A stretch of DNA of 64,000 bases from Ginglymostoma cirratum (GCA_024137785.1 JAHRHZ010000268.1:11106609-11170608), one strand, 5' to 3'. Counted from the first letter of the stretch, positions 1-12,533 are shown. The notes: generated by a model from the letters alone, not told the origin. Numbers and translations: made by a program.

Positions 1-1260
1 GTTCCTGCAGCCTTCGGGTGGCATCACTGTGGCATTGCAGGAGGCCCAGGATGGACATGTCGTCTGAGGAATGGGAGGGGGAGTTGAAATGGTTCGCGAC
101 TGGGAGGTGCAGTTGTTTGTTGCGAACTGAGCGCAGGTGTTCTGCAAAGCGGTCCCCAAGCCTCTGCTTGGTTTCTCCGATGTAGAGGAAGCCACAACGG
201 GTACAGCGGATGCAGTATACCACATTGGCAGATGTGCAGGCGAACATCTGCCTGATGTGGAAAGTCTTCTTGGGGCCTGGGATTGGGGTGAGGGAGGAGG
301 TGTGGGGGCAGGTGTAGCACTTCCTGCGGTTGCAGGGAAAAGTGCCGGGTGTGGTGGGGTTGGAGGGGAGTGTGGAGCGGACAAGGGAGTTGCAGACGGA
401 GTAGTCCCTCCGGAAGGCAGATAAGGGTGGGGAGGGAAAAATGTCTTTGGTGGTGGGGTCAGATTGCAGATGGCGGAAGTGTCGGAGGATGATGCGTTGG
501 ATCCGGAGGTTGGTGGGGTGGTATGTGAGGACGAGGGGGATTCTTTTTTGGTTGTTATTGCGGGGACGGGGGTGTGAGGGATGAGTTACGGGAAATGCGG
601 GAGACACGGTTGAGGGCATTCTCGACCACTGTGGGGGAGAAGTTGCGGTCCTTGAAGAATGAGGACATCTGAGATGTACGGGAGTGGAATGTCTCATCCT
701 GGGAGCAGATGCGGCGGAGGCGAAGGAATTGGGAATAGGGGATGGCATTTTTGCGGGAAGGTGGGTGGGAGGAGGTGTATTCCAGGTAGCTGTGGGAGTC
801 AGTGGGCTTGAAATGGACATCGGTTTCTAGATGGTTACCCGAGATGGAGACAGAGAGGTCCAGGAAGGAGAGAGAAGTGTTGGAGATGGTCCAGGTGAAC
901 TTCAGGTTGGGGTGGAAGGTGTTGGTGAATTGGATGAACTGTTCGAGCTCCTCGTGGGAGCACGAGGCGGCGCCGATACAGTCATCAATGTAACGGAGGA
1001 AGAGGTGGGGTTTAGGGCCAGTGTAGGTACGGAAGAGGGATTGTTCCATGTAACCTGCAAAGAGGCAGGCATAGCTTGGGCCCATGCGGGTACCCATGGC
1101 CACCCCCTTTGTCTGTAGGAAGTGGGAGGAATTGAAAGAGAAGTTGTTGAGGGCGAGGACGAGTTCGGCTAAGTGGATGAGGGTGTCGGTGGAGTGGGAT
1201 TGGTCAGTTCTGCGGGACAGGAAGAAGCGGAGGGCCTTTAGGCCATCTGCATGGGGAATA
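1..1260 (-). mobile_element. Penelope-like retroelement (PLE), 5'-truncated ORF: C-terminal RT plus GIY-YIG endonuclease, runs off the window start
   Basis: Minus strand reads ...LNNFSFNSSHFLQTKGVAMGTRMGPSYACLF...FLRYIDDCIG... (PLE RT motifs AMG and YIDD; ORF 555..1103). After one frameshift in a G run near 570 it continues CNRRKCYTCPH...VVYCIRCTRCGFLYIGETKQRLGDRFAEH (GIY-YIG). Nearly open frame and CpG retention indicate a young copy. Confidence 0.95.
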
Positions 1261-1395
1261 CCTCTCCCTATTTATTTCAGAACGCTCTTCCCCTGCCCCA
1301 TTTCTGATGAAGGGTCTAGGCCTGAAACGTCAAGCTTTCCTGCTCCTATGATGCTGCTTGGCCTGCTGTGTTCATCCAGCCCCACACCTTGTTAC
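1261..1395 (+). mobile_element. Penelope pseudo-LTR fragment inverted relative to the adjacent PLE ORF
   Basis: Abrupt junction at 1260/1261. The sequence matches the units at 48640-48736 and 62680-62875 (tgatgctgcttggcctgctgtgttcatccagc...caccttgtta). Confidence 0.85.
1301..1334 (+). ncRNA. Minimal type I hammerhead ribozyme motif (PLE-associated)
   Basis: ttt-CTGATGA(1304-1310)-a-gggt ctag gcct-GAAAC(1324-1328)-GTC(1329-1331)-aag. Both core boxes intact, stem II of about 4 bp, loopless palindromic stem III (ACGT), 3-bp stem I. Activity untested. Confidence 0.75.
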
Positions 1396-1399
1396 CCCT

Positions 1400-1830
1400 C
1401 ATTCCTGTTATCCTTCTGGTAAACTTCATTTGCACCCTCTCCAAGGCTTTGACAGCGTTCCAAACATTTGGTGCTGAAAATTGAACATTCTGGGAGAGGC
1501 CCAAAAGATTTTTCAGAAAAGGTTCAGCATAACATTCTGGCTTTTGTGTTCTATTTTGCTCTCAATAAATCCAAGAATTCTTCCTGCTTTTTTTTTAAAC
1601 AATCTTCTCAACTTGTATTACCACCTTCAAAATTTTTATGTCTTTGTGCCTCGATATTCTCTGTTCTTGCATCACTTTTAATGCTGCACTTTTTAATTCT
1701 GTGTTGGCTTTTACATTTTTTGGGAAGATTATACACTTCTCTGCATTAAATTTGGTCTGACATTTTGTTTATTACACCAATTTACTAATCTGTGTGTCCT
1801 TTTCAAGTCTATAACTATCTTCTTTGTGGT
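1400..1830 (-). mobile_element. Old CR1 LINE fragment
   Basis: ctggtaaacttcatttgcaccctctccaaggctttgac resembles the antisense of the CR1 ORF2 C-terminal region (LERVQ); degenerate. Confidence 0.6.
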
Positions 1831-1974
1831 TGGCTACATTTGAATTTTGTAACTTTGAAATAATATCATGTATGCCCACGTCCATGTATATAAAAAAGGA
1901 CAATAACTATACCAGCCACCGGGGGATACCAGTTCCCTCAAACCTGAAAAACAATGTTCTCCACAAGCGTCTGC

Positions 1975-2410
1975 TTGCTGTCTCAGTTGGTAGCATTCAC
2001 ACCTCTGAGTCAGAGGTTGTGGTTTCCAGTTCCACAGTACATAGTGGAAGACCAAAACTTTCAGTGCTGCTAAAGGAGTGTTTCAATTCTGAAAGCTCTT
2101 CCTTTTGGATAAGGTATTAACTGAGGCGCCATCTGACCCTCAGGAGGCCGCAAAGTTATTTCAAAGAAGAACAGGGCACATATGTTGCATGAATTGACCA
2201 ATATTTATCCCACAATCAATATCAGTTAAATGAAGACTATCTGGTTAGTATCACATTTTGTTTTGCTTGTGGGACTTTGCTGTGTTCAAATCAGCTGCTG
2301 TGGTTCCTATATCATAACAATGATTGCACTTCCAAAGTACTTAATTGTTATAAAACAGTTTGGTATGTCCTGAGGTCATGAAGGCTTTTTCAAAATGCAA
2401 GGCTTTCTTT
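1975..2410 (+). mobile_element. DeuSINE (SacSINE1/AmnSINE1-like), near full length, diverged
   Basis: tRNA-like head (tctcagttggtagc), Deu-like core (gaagaacaggg...ccaatatttatccc...tatctggttagtatcacatt...tgtgggactttgctgtg) and tail (tgtcctgaggtcatgaaggc...aatgcaaggctttcttt). Confidence 0.75.
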
Positions 2411-2441
2411 AGCCAGTGTTAAAAACTATGCTGCTAGTTCT

Positions 2442-2715
2442 AGACATTATTCATCAACCTGTTCAGATCTGTTACAACACACCTCAGGAGCAAGTGGGAT
2501 TTGAACCGCTAGCCCTGTGGTCCAAAAGTAGGGACACTACGAATGCATCATAACACCTCACTCTGCTAGTTCTAGGAATTTTTTAATCAATTTGTTTTTC
2601 GGATGCAATGAAACATCTCTGGAGCAAGTGGGACTAGAAGCTGGACCTCCTGCCCCAATGGTAGGGTTCTGTGTGCCAGTGGTGATGGGATATTACCACT
2701 GCCACACAGGAACCT
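2442..2715 (-). mobile_element. Two tandem copies of a short (~120 bp) tRNA-derived SINE
   Basis: Reverse complement gives gtagtgtccctac...ggttcaaatcccacttgctcc (B box), the same family as 27281-27585. Copies at about 2442-2560 and 2576-2715. Confidence 0.75.
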
Positions 2716-5700
2716 TATGCTGCTAGTTCTGTGCCACTTAGTTCTGTTAACAGATCTATTACATGATACTCTGAATTGCCTTTCAAAGGTCCAGATGCAC
2801 AACGTCCTTTGCATTGCCCTCCATCATCCCGTCTCTATTTCCTCATCAAACAGTTTAGTCAAGTTAGTCAAGCACAGTTTGTTGTCAACAAATCCGTTCT
2901 GTGTTTTAGCAATTAGCCCTATAATGTCTTAGATTATGGTTTCAGAGCTTTCTTCCTCACTGATGTTCCACTAAGTTGTGGAATTGTTCCCTCTCCCTCT
3001 TTTTTTTTGAAGATCTGTTATCACCAATCCTTCAGTCCTCTGTCACTACGTCCTTAACTAGGGACAGGCAGAACTTTGCAGCCTAAGGCACTTTGATCTT
3101 CACCTTTTCTTCCCTTAACATAGGATGCCTGTACTAGGTGCAATGAAGTAAATTGCACAAAGTGGAATATATGAACTTTTCATGGCAACGACTACAAATA
3201 TTCATTATACTGATTGCTTACTGTTGCAAGTTGCACTACCATTTTGCTATTAGTACTGGTCTCAGGCCAACAATAGAAACATCTTTCATTTATGTGAGGC
3301 ATTATGTACTTGGAGGATCCTGAAATGTTTTGAGCCCACTTGAAGTGTGGCCTATGTTGTTACACCTCTTTTAAAAAAATTAAACTTTCCTTATGCGTCC
3401 CATGACCTCAATATCCTGTGGTTCTTTTATATGAAGTAGTTTTGAAGTAAAGTCACTGTTGTATTGTAAGATATGCAAGAGAATTATATTCACAGCCAGC
3501 TCCGACAGAATAGCAATAAAAGCTGAAAATATACTGTAAGTCATGCAGCATCTGTGAAGAGACAGATATTTCATCTCAAATTTTGGGAGTTGTTGGCCTA
3601 CGGAGGTCTGTTGACCTTGCTGCTGTTAGACCTTCCACTGTTATAAATACATTTCTATGCCTATGGGCTGGCAGATGTTGCAGTCTTTATAATGCAGTGC
3701 TCCATCAGTAATGCACCGAATTTAGTCCAGATCATCTGCTCAAGTCTTCTTAATCTACAATCTTCTAAATCAGGTGGCAGTGCTATGAACTGAGTCAAAC
3801 TGATGCTGTGGGCAGTACTAAATGCAGCTGGTAGGGTCTTGCCTGCTGGCAGCACAACCAGTGAGAGCCTTCCTTGGGAAAGGCCTACCAGCAAGGTGTT
3901 TTCCAGGACGTGGAAATCCTGGCCCTGAGGACTGCCACTTAACCTAGTCACAGCTATTGCCATTACAGGAAGTGCCAACAGGGAGATGGCTGTTTTTGGT
4001 ACAAAAGGAAATGCATAAGATTTCCATTGGCCTGAGCCACAGTTGAATGAGGGCAGCATGTGATCAAAGGAGAGAGGGGGTGCTGGTGTGGGTCAACATC
4101 AAGTCACAGGAGGTGGTGTGCTGCTGCCAGTCTATGTAACCCCCTCCACTTAAAAATGCTAAACCACTTGATCCAGCACTGAGCCTTGACAAGGAATCGA
4201 CCCACACCCTACTGGGGGCACTTGAGGATTTGCTGTTCGGGTGTCTTTTCTGACTAGTGACTGTCTGTCTGGCCCACTGCTGGTGGGATCAGGTTCACAG
4301 GATGTATCCACTGGCACCCTCCTGTCTAAGCGTGTCCCACCTCCAAACTGGCCTCATGGGAAAAGCATTCATTCCCTCTGTGAGTATCTGTTGAATGTAC
4401 TGTGATCCTGATGCATGTGAATTGTTTTTCACATTAAGATGGATCAGAATGCTCACCCTGAACTCTTCTTCTATGTGGTCAGAAACATGAATATCTGCCT
4501 TTTTATATCAACTTGCACAAATTGGTTGCACCCTGTAAAGCTACCAATTGAAACTTATACATGTACAGTTGCTCAGATTTTTCTGATTTATTTTGTGATT
4601 AATATCCTGCCTATGATAAAAGTGTGTTGCTGGCCTATCTCAGTGAGCTGAGATGACAGCCTATGCATGGGACTGACAAAAAAATGGCTTACCCAATATT
4701 TTGGTTGGGATCTTATCGCACCGTTGGCTAGGACAATTGTCCTCCAGTCCAAAAGTATTCACTGTATAGCGAACCCCTGAATTAGTTTGAATGGGGGCTG
4801 GCTAGTACACAGAAATCTGCAGTTAGTATTATAACCACAAATTAGTGGGTAAATGGATTAATAGACATGATTTATGGAGTTATATTAAAAGTTGCTAACA
4901 CCTTTGAATACTGATATATCAGTGTTCACTGTTTATGTTGCTGCTTGGTTTCCATTTCAACAGCAGATTAGTTTCTGGTGATAACTCCTACCATAAGGAA
5001 TTAAGATTGATGGTGGAAGTGTCCTTTGTATCTTGGTCTTGTAGCATTTTGAGATAAGGCCTTTTGTGGTTGTCACATGATAGAGATTGCCACTATGGAC
5101 CTCGGGGTCTGAGCTTTGTCTTAGCCAGACACTGTTCTCAGTGGGGTTATGAATATTTGATTTTTTTTAAAAAATAAAATGGAAGATTCAGCAAAACAAT
5201 TCACAATTGAGTACTCAAGTGGAATAATAAAAGGAGCATGAATGTGTATGCATATATCACAAAATGTCAATGTGACATTTTGTTAAATGAACATTAAATG
5301 ATTGACTCTGATGACAGTCCTTTATATAAAATCAGTAGATGGTATATGCGACCTGTTTTTGATTGGTTTGAATGTAAGAAAGAGAACCTTGGATTGGAAT
5401 TTCACGGCATCACTAACTTTCTTTGGACCTTTTAAAAAGTGGTCCTACCTCCCATTACCATGGGTCGCTTTTCTACCAGCAGGGGAGGGCCATGATTGAT
5501 ATGCAGGAGGGAAATATACTCAGTTGGGCCCGCTGTGCTTAGTACTGAGTTCAAACCGGTCATTTTGTTTATTGCAAAGGTTATTCCTGCAGTATGGAAA
5601 TCACAAATTTATTGGGTAATTGAAAACACTTTTAAAAGATGGTTAAGGCCTGTTTGAGTATTACTCACAAGTTTAGGGAGAGGGTTTAGGGTAAGGGCCC

Positions 5701-7494
5701 AAAGGCCTAACAGCTGCTAAAACAACCAGATGAAGTCTCCATGAACTGAGATGAACCTTCTAAAACAGACTGCCTTGGCTCTCCTGCGCTCCTGTGATCA
5801 CCTCTGCTTTGCTCCTGTGATTAGTGGGCTTAACTCTCTTTTTACACCACCACACTCTCAATGCCACATCCCTCAATAGCCAAAACCCAATTGCTTATAT
5901 CTTGGATTGTTAAAGCTTATTTAAATTTTCAATTCCTCCATTGTTCGTGAAAGGAATATATGCAGTTCACTAATAGTTTTCATATTAGATCAAATACAGC
6001 TTGTGCTGCCATGTTACGAGAAAGACCAGATAGTGAGGTTAAGCCATGATCTTTCTGAATGGCAGGATAGGCTTAAGTGATCTCCTTCTCTTATTTCTTC
6101 TTGTATTTTGTCTTGCAATATAACTGCTCTGAGAAACATTCGAGTATATCTTTGAGCAAATAGATGTTATCACCTTGTCTTTGTGCAGACGTACACTGTG
6201 GTCACATTTGAGGAAAGCAGCCGGATGCAGTCATGCAGATAATATAAAAGCTGCTATTGTAATGCCATTAGGCTTGACTGTGCCACACGTCCTGTTAACA
6301 ATTTTGCGTCTCTGCATGCAACGACAGTTTTTGAAGGAGATCTCATGCTCATTAAATCATGCTGCACCTTAATGGCTGCTTTAAATTTATTTTGCACTTA
6401 TTAACATGAGAAATGTTGACTGCAGGTTTTTGCTGCTTTCAAGCCTAGTGTTTTAGCCCCCCTCATCTGCTGGATTATGCTGGTAGACTTCTGGTAGCTT
6501 GACTATTTAGGTTTTCTTGGTGTGAATTTGGATGGTGTGTGAATTAAATTCTGGGTGGGGTGTTGTTATGTAATAAAGGCCTAAAAGACATCACTGTTGA
6601 CATAGTATTCTCATTGAGCACAGAGTTGCTCAAATAAAACTTGAATCCTGGCTGATTTTTCATGATGCCTTATGACAAAGAATTGAGGTCATCCACTTTA
6701 ACAAGGGCTACATTTACTAATGCAGTGGGGGAGAGTGCCTGTCAGCTTTAGCATTTGGTGTTAGCTTGGTGACCTCAGATGGCCAAGAATTCAGTTATTT
6801 CTGTCTGCAACAGGGGAGGCTTTAGATAACAATTGGCACCGACTGCTCAGTCAACTTTCAGTTTTCTGTGTAGGTGGGGGAAAATTGAAGTGACTCAAAC
6901 CTGATTTCTTTTTGATTCCCCTAGGGATGTTTTAGCTTTTGCTGCCAACTGAAACAGTAACTTTGACAAAAGAAATGCTGAATAGATAGTTGCCACTTTT
7001 GCCCTCGGCAGAGAAATCAGCAACATTTGTACTCCACCTTAAAGAGAAAGAGAAGAGTGTGAGATGAAGGGGATTTTCGTTTCCAACCACTGGAAGCTAT
7101 TAAAGGAGTTTGAGATGATGGATGTTATTTACAGTGACATTTCATATTTTATAGTTAAATAAAGCAAAGAGTGACCATATCTAGTGACTGTCAGAGGCTG
7201 TATCCATGTAGGTGACTAACAATGAGTTTGTCATTCATTTGGCCAGCAATAATGTGCAGATTAATCAAACCACATGTCCTAACGTGATGTGTTTGCAGTC
7301 CAATTCCAACATGCAATAGGTTGACCGTGTAAGGCCGGAAATCTAACCATTTTGATTCCTCATGTTCAATACTATTTGTGAGAGATTGATAAGAGTTTTA
7401 TTTTCTGCTATCTGATTATGTGTACCTTAAATAAATACTTTACAATAGTAATTACAAAATAGGCTAATACATCTTGTGGTAGTGGTTCATATAA

Positions 7495-7992
7495 AAGAAA
7501 GAGCAATAGATGTTGGAGATCTGAAACAAAAACAAAGTTCTGGAGAAACTCGACAGGTGTGACAACATCCATACAGAGAGAGAGAGAGAGAGAGAGAGTA
7601 AATGTTTCAAGTCCAACGACCCATTGTCAGAACTAAAAGCTGCGAAATGGTGCTATTTATGCTGATGACAGGGATTGGGGAAAGGAGTGGCTCAAGTCAA
7701 TGGAGACAATGCTCAGAGAGAGGAGGGTAAAAGAGAAGCCGACAAAGGAGTTGCTGATGAGAAGCAAATAGTTGAAAAAGGTTTGCCTGTGCTGGGAGCA
7801 ACCCATACAGGACAGGACCTTGGGTATGGTGGGGGTAATGAATGTGGAAGAAGGTGTTCACATTCTGAAAGTGTTAAACTCATTGTTGAGACCTGAAGGC
7901 TCTAAGGTACCTACTTGGAAGCTGAGATGTTGTTCCTCTAGCTTGTGTTGAGCTTCACTGGAGCACGGCAGCTCGCCTAAGACAGAAATGTA
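7495..7992 (-). mobile_element. Old Penelope 3' fragment (GIY-YIG C-terminus, 3' UTR, decayed hammerhead unit)
   Basis: 7865-7990 minus translates ISVLGELPCSSEAQHKLEEQHLSFQVGTLEPSGLNNEFNTF, homologous to the end of the PLE at 1-70. Decayed core ctgacaa...gaaacatt at about 7600-7632. Confidence 0.8.
7576..7598 (+). repeat. (GA)n microsatellite inside PLE unit
   Basis: Run of about 11 GA dinucleotides. Confidence 0.9.
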
Positions 7993-8147
7993 GTGATTGC
8001 TGCGTCAGTGTTAATATGTGGTTTGGTTTAATTTAGATTTTTCTAGAAAGGCTCTGTCAGCCTGTGGCCTGTCCTGTCCTAAACATTAATACATGGTTGT
8101 GAGACAACAATGGAAAGTAAGTTAGCTTGTAATCATGGTCCAATCAC

Positions 8148-8245
8148 TCCTGAAGAAGGGTCACGGGATTGAAGACATTAACTCTGCTTTTGCTCCGCAG
8201 ATGTTGCTGGATCTGCCGAGTTTTTCCAGCAACTTCTGTTTGTAT
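8148..8245 (+). mobile_element. PLE pseudo-LTR/hammerhead unit, subfamily 2
   Basis: ctgaagaagggtcac...cattaactctg...cagatgttgctggatctgccgagtttttccagcaacttctgttt; opposite orientation to 7495-7632. Confidence 0.75.
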
Positions 8246-9994
8246 TCCACACGCCTGCCTTATCCCTGACTCTCAAAACCTTGGACTGCTTAACAGATGT
8301 TGTGAAAATAATTGTTCTTTTTTTTTCTGATTACTATTTATTTTTGTCTTGTCTCCTTGTCAATCTCATGAACATTTTGGATATTAAAAAGCACTCAGAA
8401 GAGGATAAGCATCAATTCAACGAAGTGTGCTGGCTAACTAAAAGGTAGACTGTGGTCCACTTATTGTTTTGGGAAGTTTTGCCGGACATAAAAGTATTCA
8501 TTCATGAAGAATTTGCTGTATTTAAAAAAAAACTTTTGTTACTTATGGGGATTCCTACTAAACCTTGTTATAAGATAGGACTTTCCAGATGATTCAGAAA
8601 CTCAGTTAAACCTTTAATTTATGTCTGATATTTGGACTACTGTATCATGGTCGCCATAAGTTGCAACTCACAACCTGACTTAGGAACACACTTGAGGATG
8701 AATTATAAGATCCTTAGGCAGCAACATATGTATGGTAATTCCAATGTGTCTAATGTAGACTAACCAATAGACGGGCATGTAGTTTTTCAAAGGGCAACTT
8801 AAGATAAATCTTGGATGTGATGTTAAAGAAATTTTGAGTGGGATGGCAGTAACAGTGAAAGAAAATAGTATGTCAATGGAGACTGAATGCACAAATTAAA
8901 TGCACTGCAAGGACAGAACGCAAACTGAACAAACTTCATTCTAGTGGATGAACAAAATGGTACAAAAATCAAGTAAATAAATACAAACTGTGAGAAGTCT
9001 TTTGAAGGCAACATGTAGGGAGGTTACTGGAACTCCTAGTTTTCTTTCGATGCTGTTTGAAGCTGGAACTAAAATTACCCCACGGTTTTTCATTGTCGCA
9101 AATTGTAGGAGACCCTGTTATTAAACAAGCATTGGCAACCCTCAAAGCTGATAATTTGTTTAAACTGAAGTTTGTCATGATGGTAAATGATTACTTCCGG
9201 GAAGTATATATCAAAGAACATAAGTAACTTCTTACCCAATTTAAGATGTTTTATAAATACATTTATTGAGTGAAACATTACCGAAATGGAAGGCCTAGAC
9301 AGGGTAAACGGGCAGATGACTAATGAATCCCCAAGGATGAGTAGTCTATCTTTAAAGATGCTAATTAAGGGTGGAGATGAAATTATTAAAATTCTGATCG
9401 TGATGAAGAAGTTTATGGCCATAGCTTGTTTCTAATTCTATAGAAATTCTTGACGTGATAGTACAGCAAAATACTCACATAAACCTAAACCTCTTAGTAA
9501 TTACTGGAAAAATCATGGGATTAATCTTGAAACACGCTAGATTACTTGTATAGTATAGAATAATGCAGTTAACATCGACTGAGAAAGCAGAGATCTCAGT
9601 TTACCAATTGTTTCAAGATAGTGACATCCCAATTTGGCAGTGATAATTACATTATATTGTCGAAATTGGAATTCCAGAAAGTTTTTATTAAATGTTTTGT
9701 ATGGACACCTGCTAAACCCGTTCAAGACAGTGAGTAGGTATAATCTGAATGCAGTTCATTGAATGAGATGAGACAGCAGGTACATTTTTAATGGACTGAT
9801 TATCTAACTAGGATGATGATTATCGAACTGGGCACACATAGTAACGCATACCTGATAATCAATAAGCAGAAATGCTGTCTCTTTCAGGGAACTTTGTATC
9901 TCTTTTCTGAAATTTGTTCTTAACTTTTCACTTCACTGTTACTGTAAAGCATATACTACTGATATTTATTTGGAATTTTAATACAGTAACACAT

Positions 9995-11270
9995 CACAAG
10001 GCAACTCATGTGTTAACAGACAAAGTTTGATACTGAGCCACAAAAGGAGAAGTTATATGGAAAGATCTTTACAGCACATAAGAAGGCCAATCGGCCCATC
10101 ACGTTCATACCAGTCAACAAAAATCTGACTGCAATAATCCAATTTTCCATCTTTTAACCTATAGCCCTGTAGCCTGTGAGGATGCGAGTAGTTTTTGTAA
10201 GTATAACTTAAATGTTACAAGAGTTTCTGACTCAACCACCCTTTCAGAACAGTGAGATCTAGACTTCCACTGCCTTCTGAGTGGAAACTCTTCTGAACTC
10301 TCCTCTTAGCCTTCTATTATTTTCAAATCTATGCTCCCTGGTTATTGACCCCTCTAGTAATGGAAAAAGTGCTTTCCTATCCACTCAATCCATGCCCTTC
10401 ATAATCTTTTGTACACCTCAATTGGGTTCCCTCTAATTCTTCGCTGCTCCAAGGAAAACAATCTCAATCTATCCCACCTTTCCCTCGCAGTCTAGTCCTT
10501 CTAGCCCAGGCTTCAACCTGGAAAATCTCATCCACATCCTCTGTAGTTCAGTTGTATTCTTCCTATAATGTGGTGACCAGAACTGCAGGCAGTGCCCCTG
10601 TTGTGGTCTAACCTATGCTAATTATAGTTCCAGTAGAGCCCCCTTGCACTTGTATTTTATGCTCTGGCTGCAAAAGGCAAGTATTTCATATTCTGCCTTA
10701 ACCACCTAATCTACATACTCTGTTACCTTAGGGATCTGTGAATATATGTACCAAACTTTCTCTGATCTTCTGTACTTTCCAGGATCAGACCCAGTTATAC
10801 TGTAATCCCTTGTGTTGCTCTCCCCATGTCTCACACTTATCCAGGTAGAATTCCACTTGCCACTGCTTTGCCTATGTGACCAATCCATTGATATCCTCGA
10901 TTGGTAGTTTATAACTGTCCTGTTTGCCACCTGATCAGTTTTCTTGCCATCTGCGAACTTCTTGATCGTACTCACTACAGGTAACTGAAAACCTTAACAA
11001 AGTGGTGAATTTCAAAGAGCATTGAAGGAGTTCAAAATTGAGAGAGAACTCTGAAGGTTAGGCCTGAACTGCAGAAGATTGTAAATAGGTGGTTTGTTTA
11101 ACATCGGGGACCCATGTAAGACTGAAATTGCAGAAAGTTACAGAAGTAGGAATGATTTTGTGATTATTCAGGCGATTCAAAAATTAAGATGAAATTTCTA
11201 AGTTGGCTGGTTGCTGAGTCAGAAGCCATTGTAGATCAGTGAGCATGGGGGCAAGAGGTGAATGAGAACT
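9995..11270 (-). mobile_element. Old L2-like LINE 3' fragment interrupted by a CR1
   Basis: caaagtttgatactgagccacaaaaggag (about 10020-10050) resumes as caggtaactgaaaaccttaacaaagtggtg (about 10978), as expected for a split L2 3' region. Confidence 0.55.
10064..10975 (-). mobile_element. CR1 LINE 3' ~900 bp, decayed
   Basis: Minus ORF 10706..10975 starts STIKKFADGKK (CR1 RT motif SKFADDTK). 3' end is similar to the copy at 41917-42619. Confidence 0.85.
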
Positions 11271-11976
11271 TAGAGTCTTTCCTTTCAACCTGGGTGCTTT
11301 GTGTGGTCAATTTGCCTGCCAGTACTTGCTGTCTTGAGAAGAAAAGACAATTGGACAAGCAGCTGGGCTCCTGATCCATGGCACTGGAATTGTATAATAG
11401 TGTTCCTGACAGCAGAAGGGACACTCATTTTATATGTTGTCTTTAAAATCATCATGAAAATGTATAATATTTTAAGCTTTCTTCTTGAAAGAAAATCGCC
11501 TGTGGAAGCCCATTCTCTTTTAAGCTTATGAAGTCTAACATTATGTTAAACATTGGTCAGGCAATATTAATCTGACTGTTCCATTTAATCAAATAATTGG
11601 TCACTGGTGTAATCAACTCCAAGAAAATTTGACACCAGCGCAACCTTATCTATGTTTTATCAGGCATGTTGCCTGATTCAGAGCAGCTGCTGCTGTTTGT
11701 CAGACAAGGGCAGACACAGGCATTATCTATCAATCAATAAAGTTTCACTAAGTTTAATTTTGAATTATATATCACTTAACCTTCAGCTTCATCTCCACCT
11801 AAAATATCTTCAGACCAGAAGTCAGATTTGCCTCTTGCCTCTCATCTAATTTACAATCCTTGTATATGGAAGATTTTTTTCCTATATTATACCAGTGACT
11901 AAGAAAGTCAATACCCATGAAGATGGATGTTCCTACAATAAGAGGTGATCCACGAAGATGGATGTTGCTGCAATTA

Positions 11977-12343
11977 GGGGAGGTGATGGCCTAGTGGTAT
12001 TATTGCTGCCCTATTAATCCAGAAACCCAGATAACGTTCTGGGGACATGGGTTTGAATCCCACCACGGCAGCTGGTGGAATTTGAATTCAATTAAAAAAT
12101 ATCTGGAATTAAGAATCTAATGATGACCGTGAATCTGTTGTTGATTGTTGGAAAAACACATCTGGTTCACTAATGTCCTTTAGAGTAGGAAACTGCCATC
12201 CTTACCTGGTCTAGCCTGCATCTGACTCCAGACCCACTGCAATGTAGTTGACTCTTAACTGCCCTCTGGGCAATTAGGGATGGGCAATAAATGCTGCCTG
12301 GTCAGTGACTCCCTTATCCCATGAATAAATAAAGAAAACAAAA
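11977..12343 (+). mobile_element. tRNA-derived SINE (~365 bp) with LINE-derived tail
   Basis: A box (tggcctagtgg), B box (ggtttgaatcc), conserved body (ggttcactaatgtcc...gactccagacccac) and tail gggcaattagggatgggcaataaatgctg...atgaataaa. Paralogues at 32268 and 63025. Confidence 0.9.
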
Positions 12344-12533
12344 TATAATAAGACATCAACTTTATCCTCTACTTGTGTTGACATTCTCATGCTTTGGTTT
12401 TGAATTGCTTCAAGAACTGCCTATAACTTATTGGCAATGTTAATCATTTAGCTACAAGAAATCTAAGGACATACAGTGATGAGCACCAGACTGCCTTTAC
12501 TTTTACCCCATTTCCCACTTGGAGCCAAGACAA

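Noticed and set aside
137-1422. Plus-strand ORFs 137..424, 802..993, 831..1118, 1084..1422
   Set aside because: Antisense shadows of the Penelope ORF and pseudo-LTR; not independent genes.
3661-4370. 132-aa ORF and GC-richer block
   Set aside because: Probably a decayed repeat, but I could not identify termini or family; the ORF has no domain.
6920-7060. ttaa+ggtggagtac end (Kolobok-like) or minus-strand splice acceptor
   Set aside because: No matching second terminus found; no convincing open exon with a donor.
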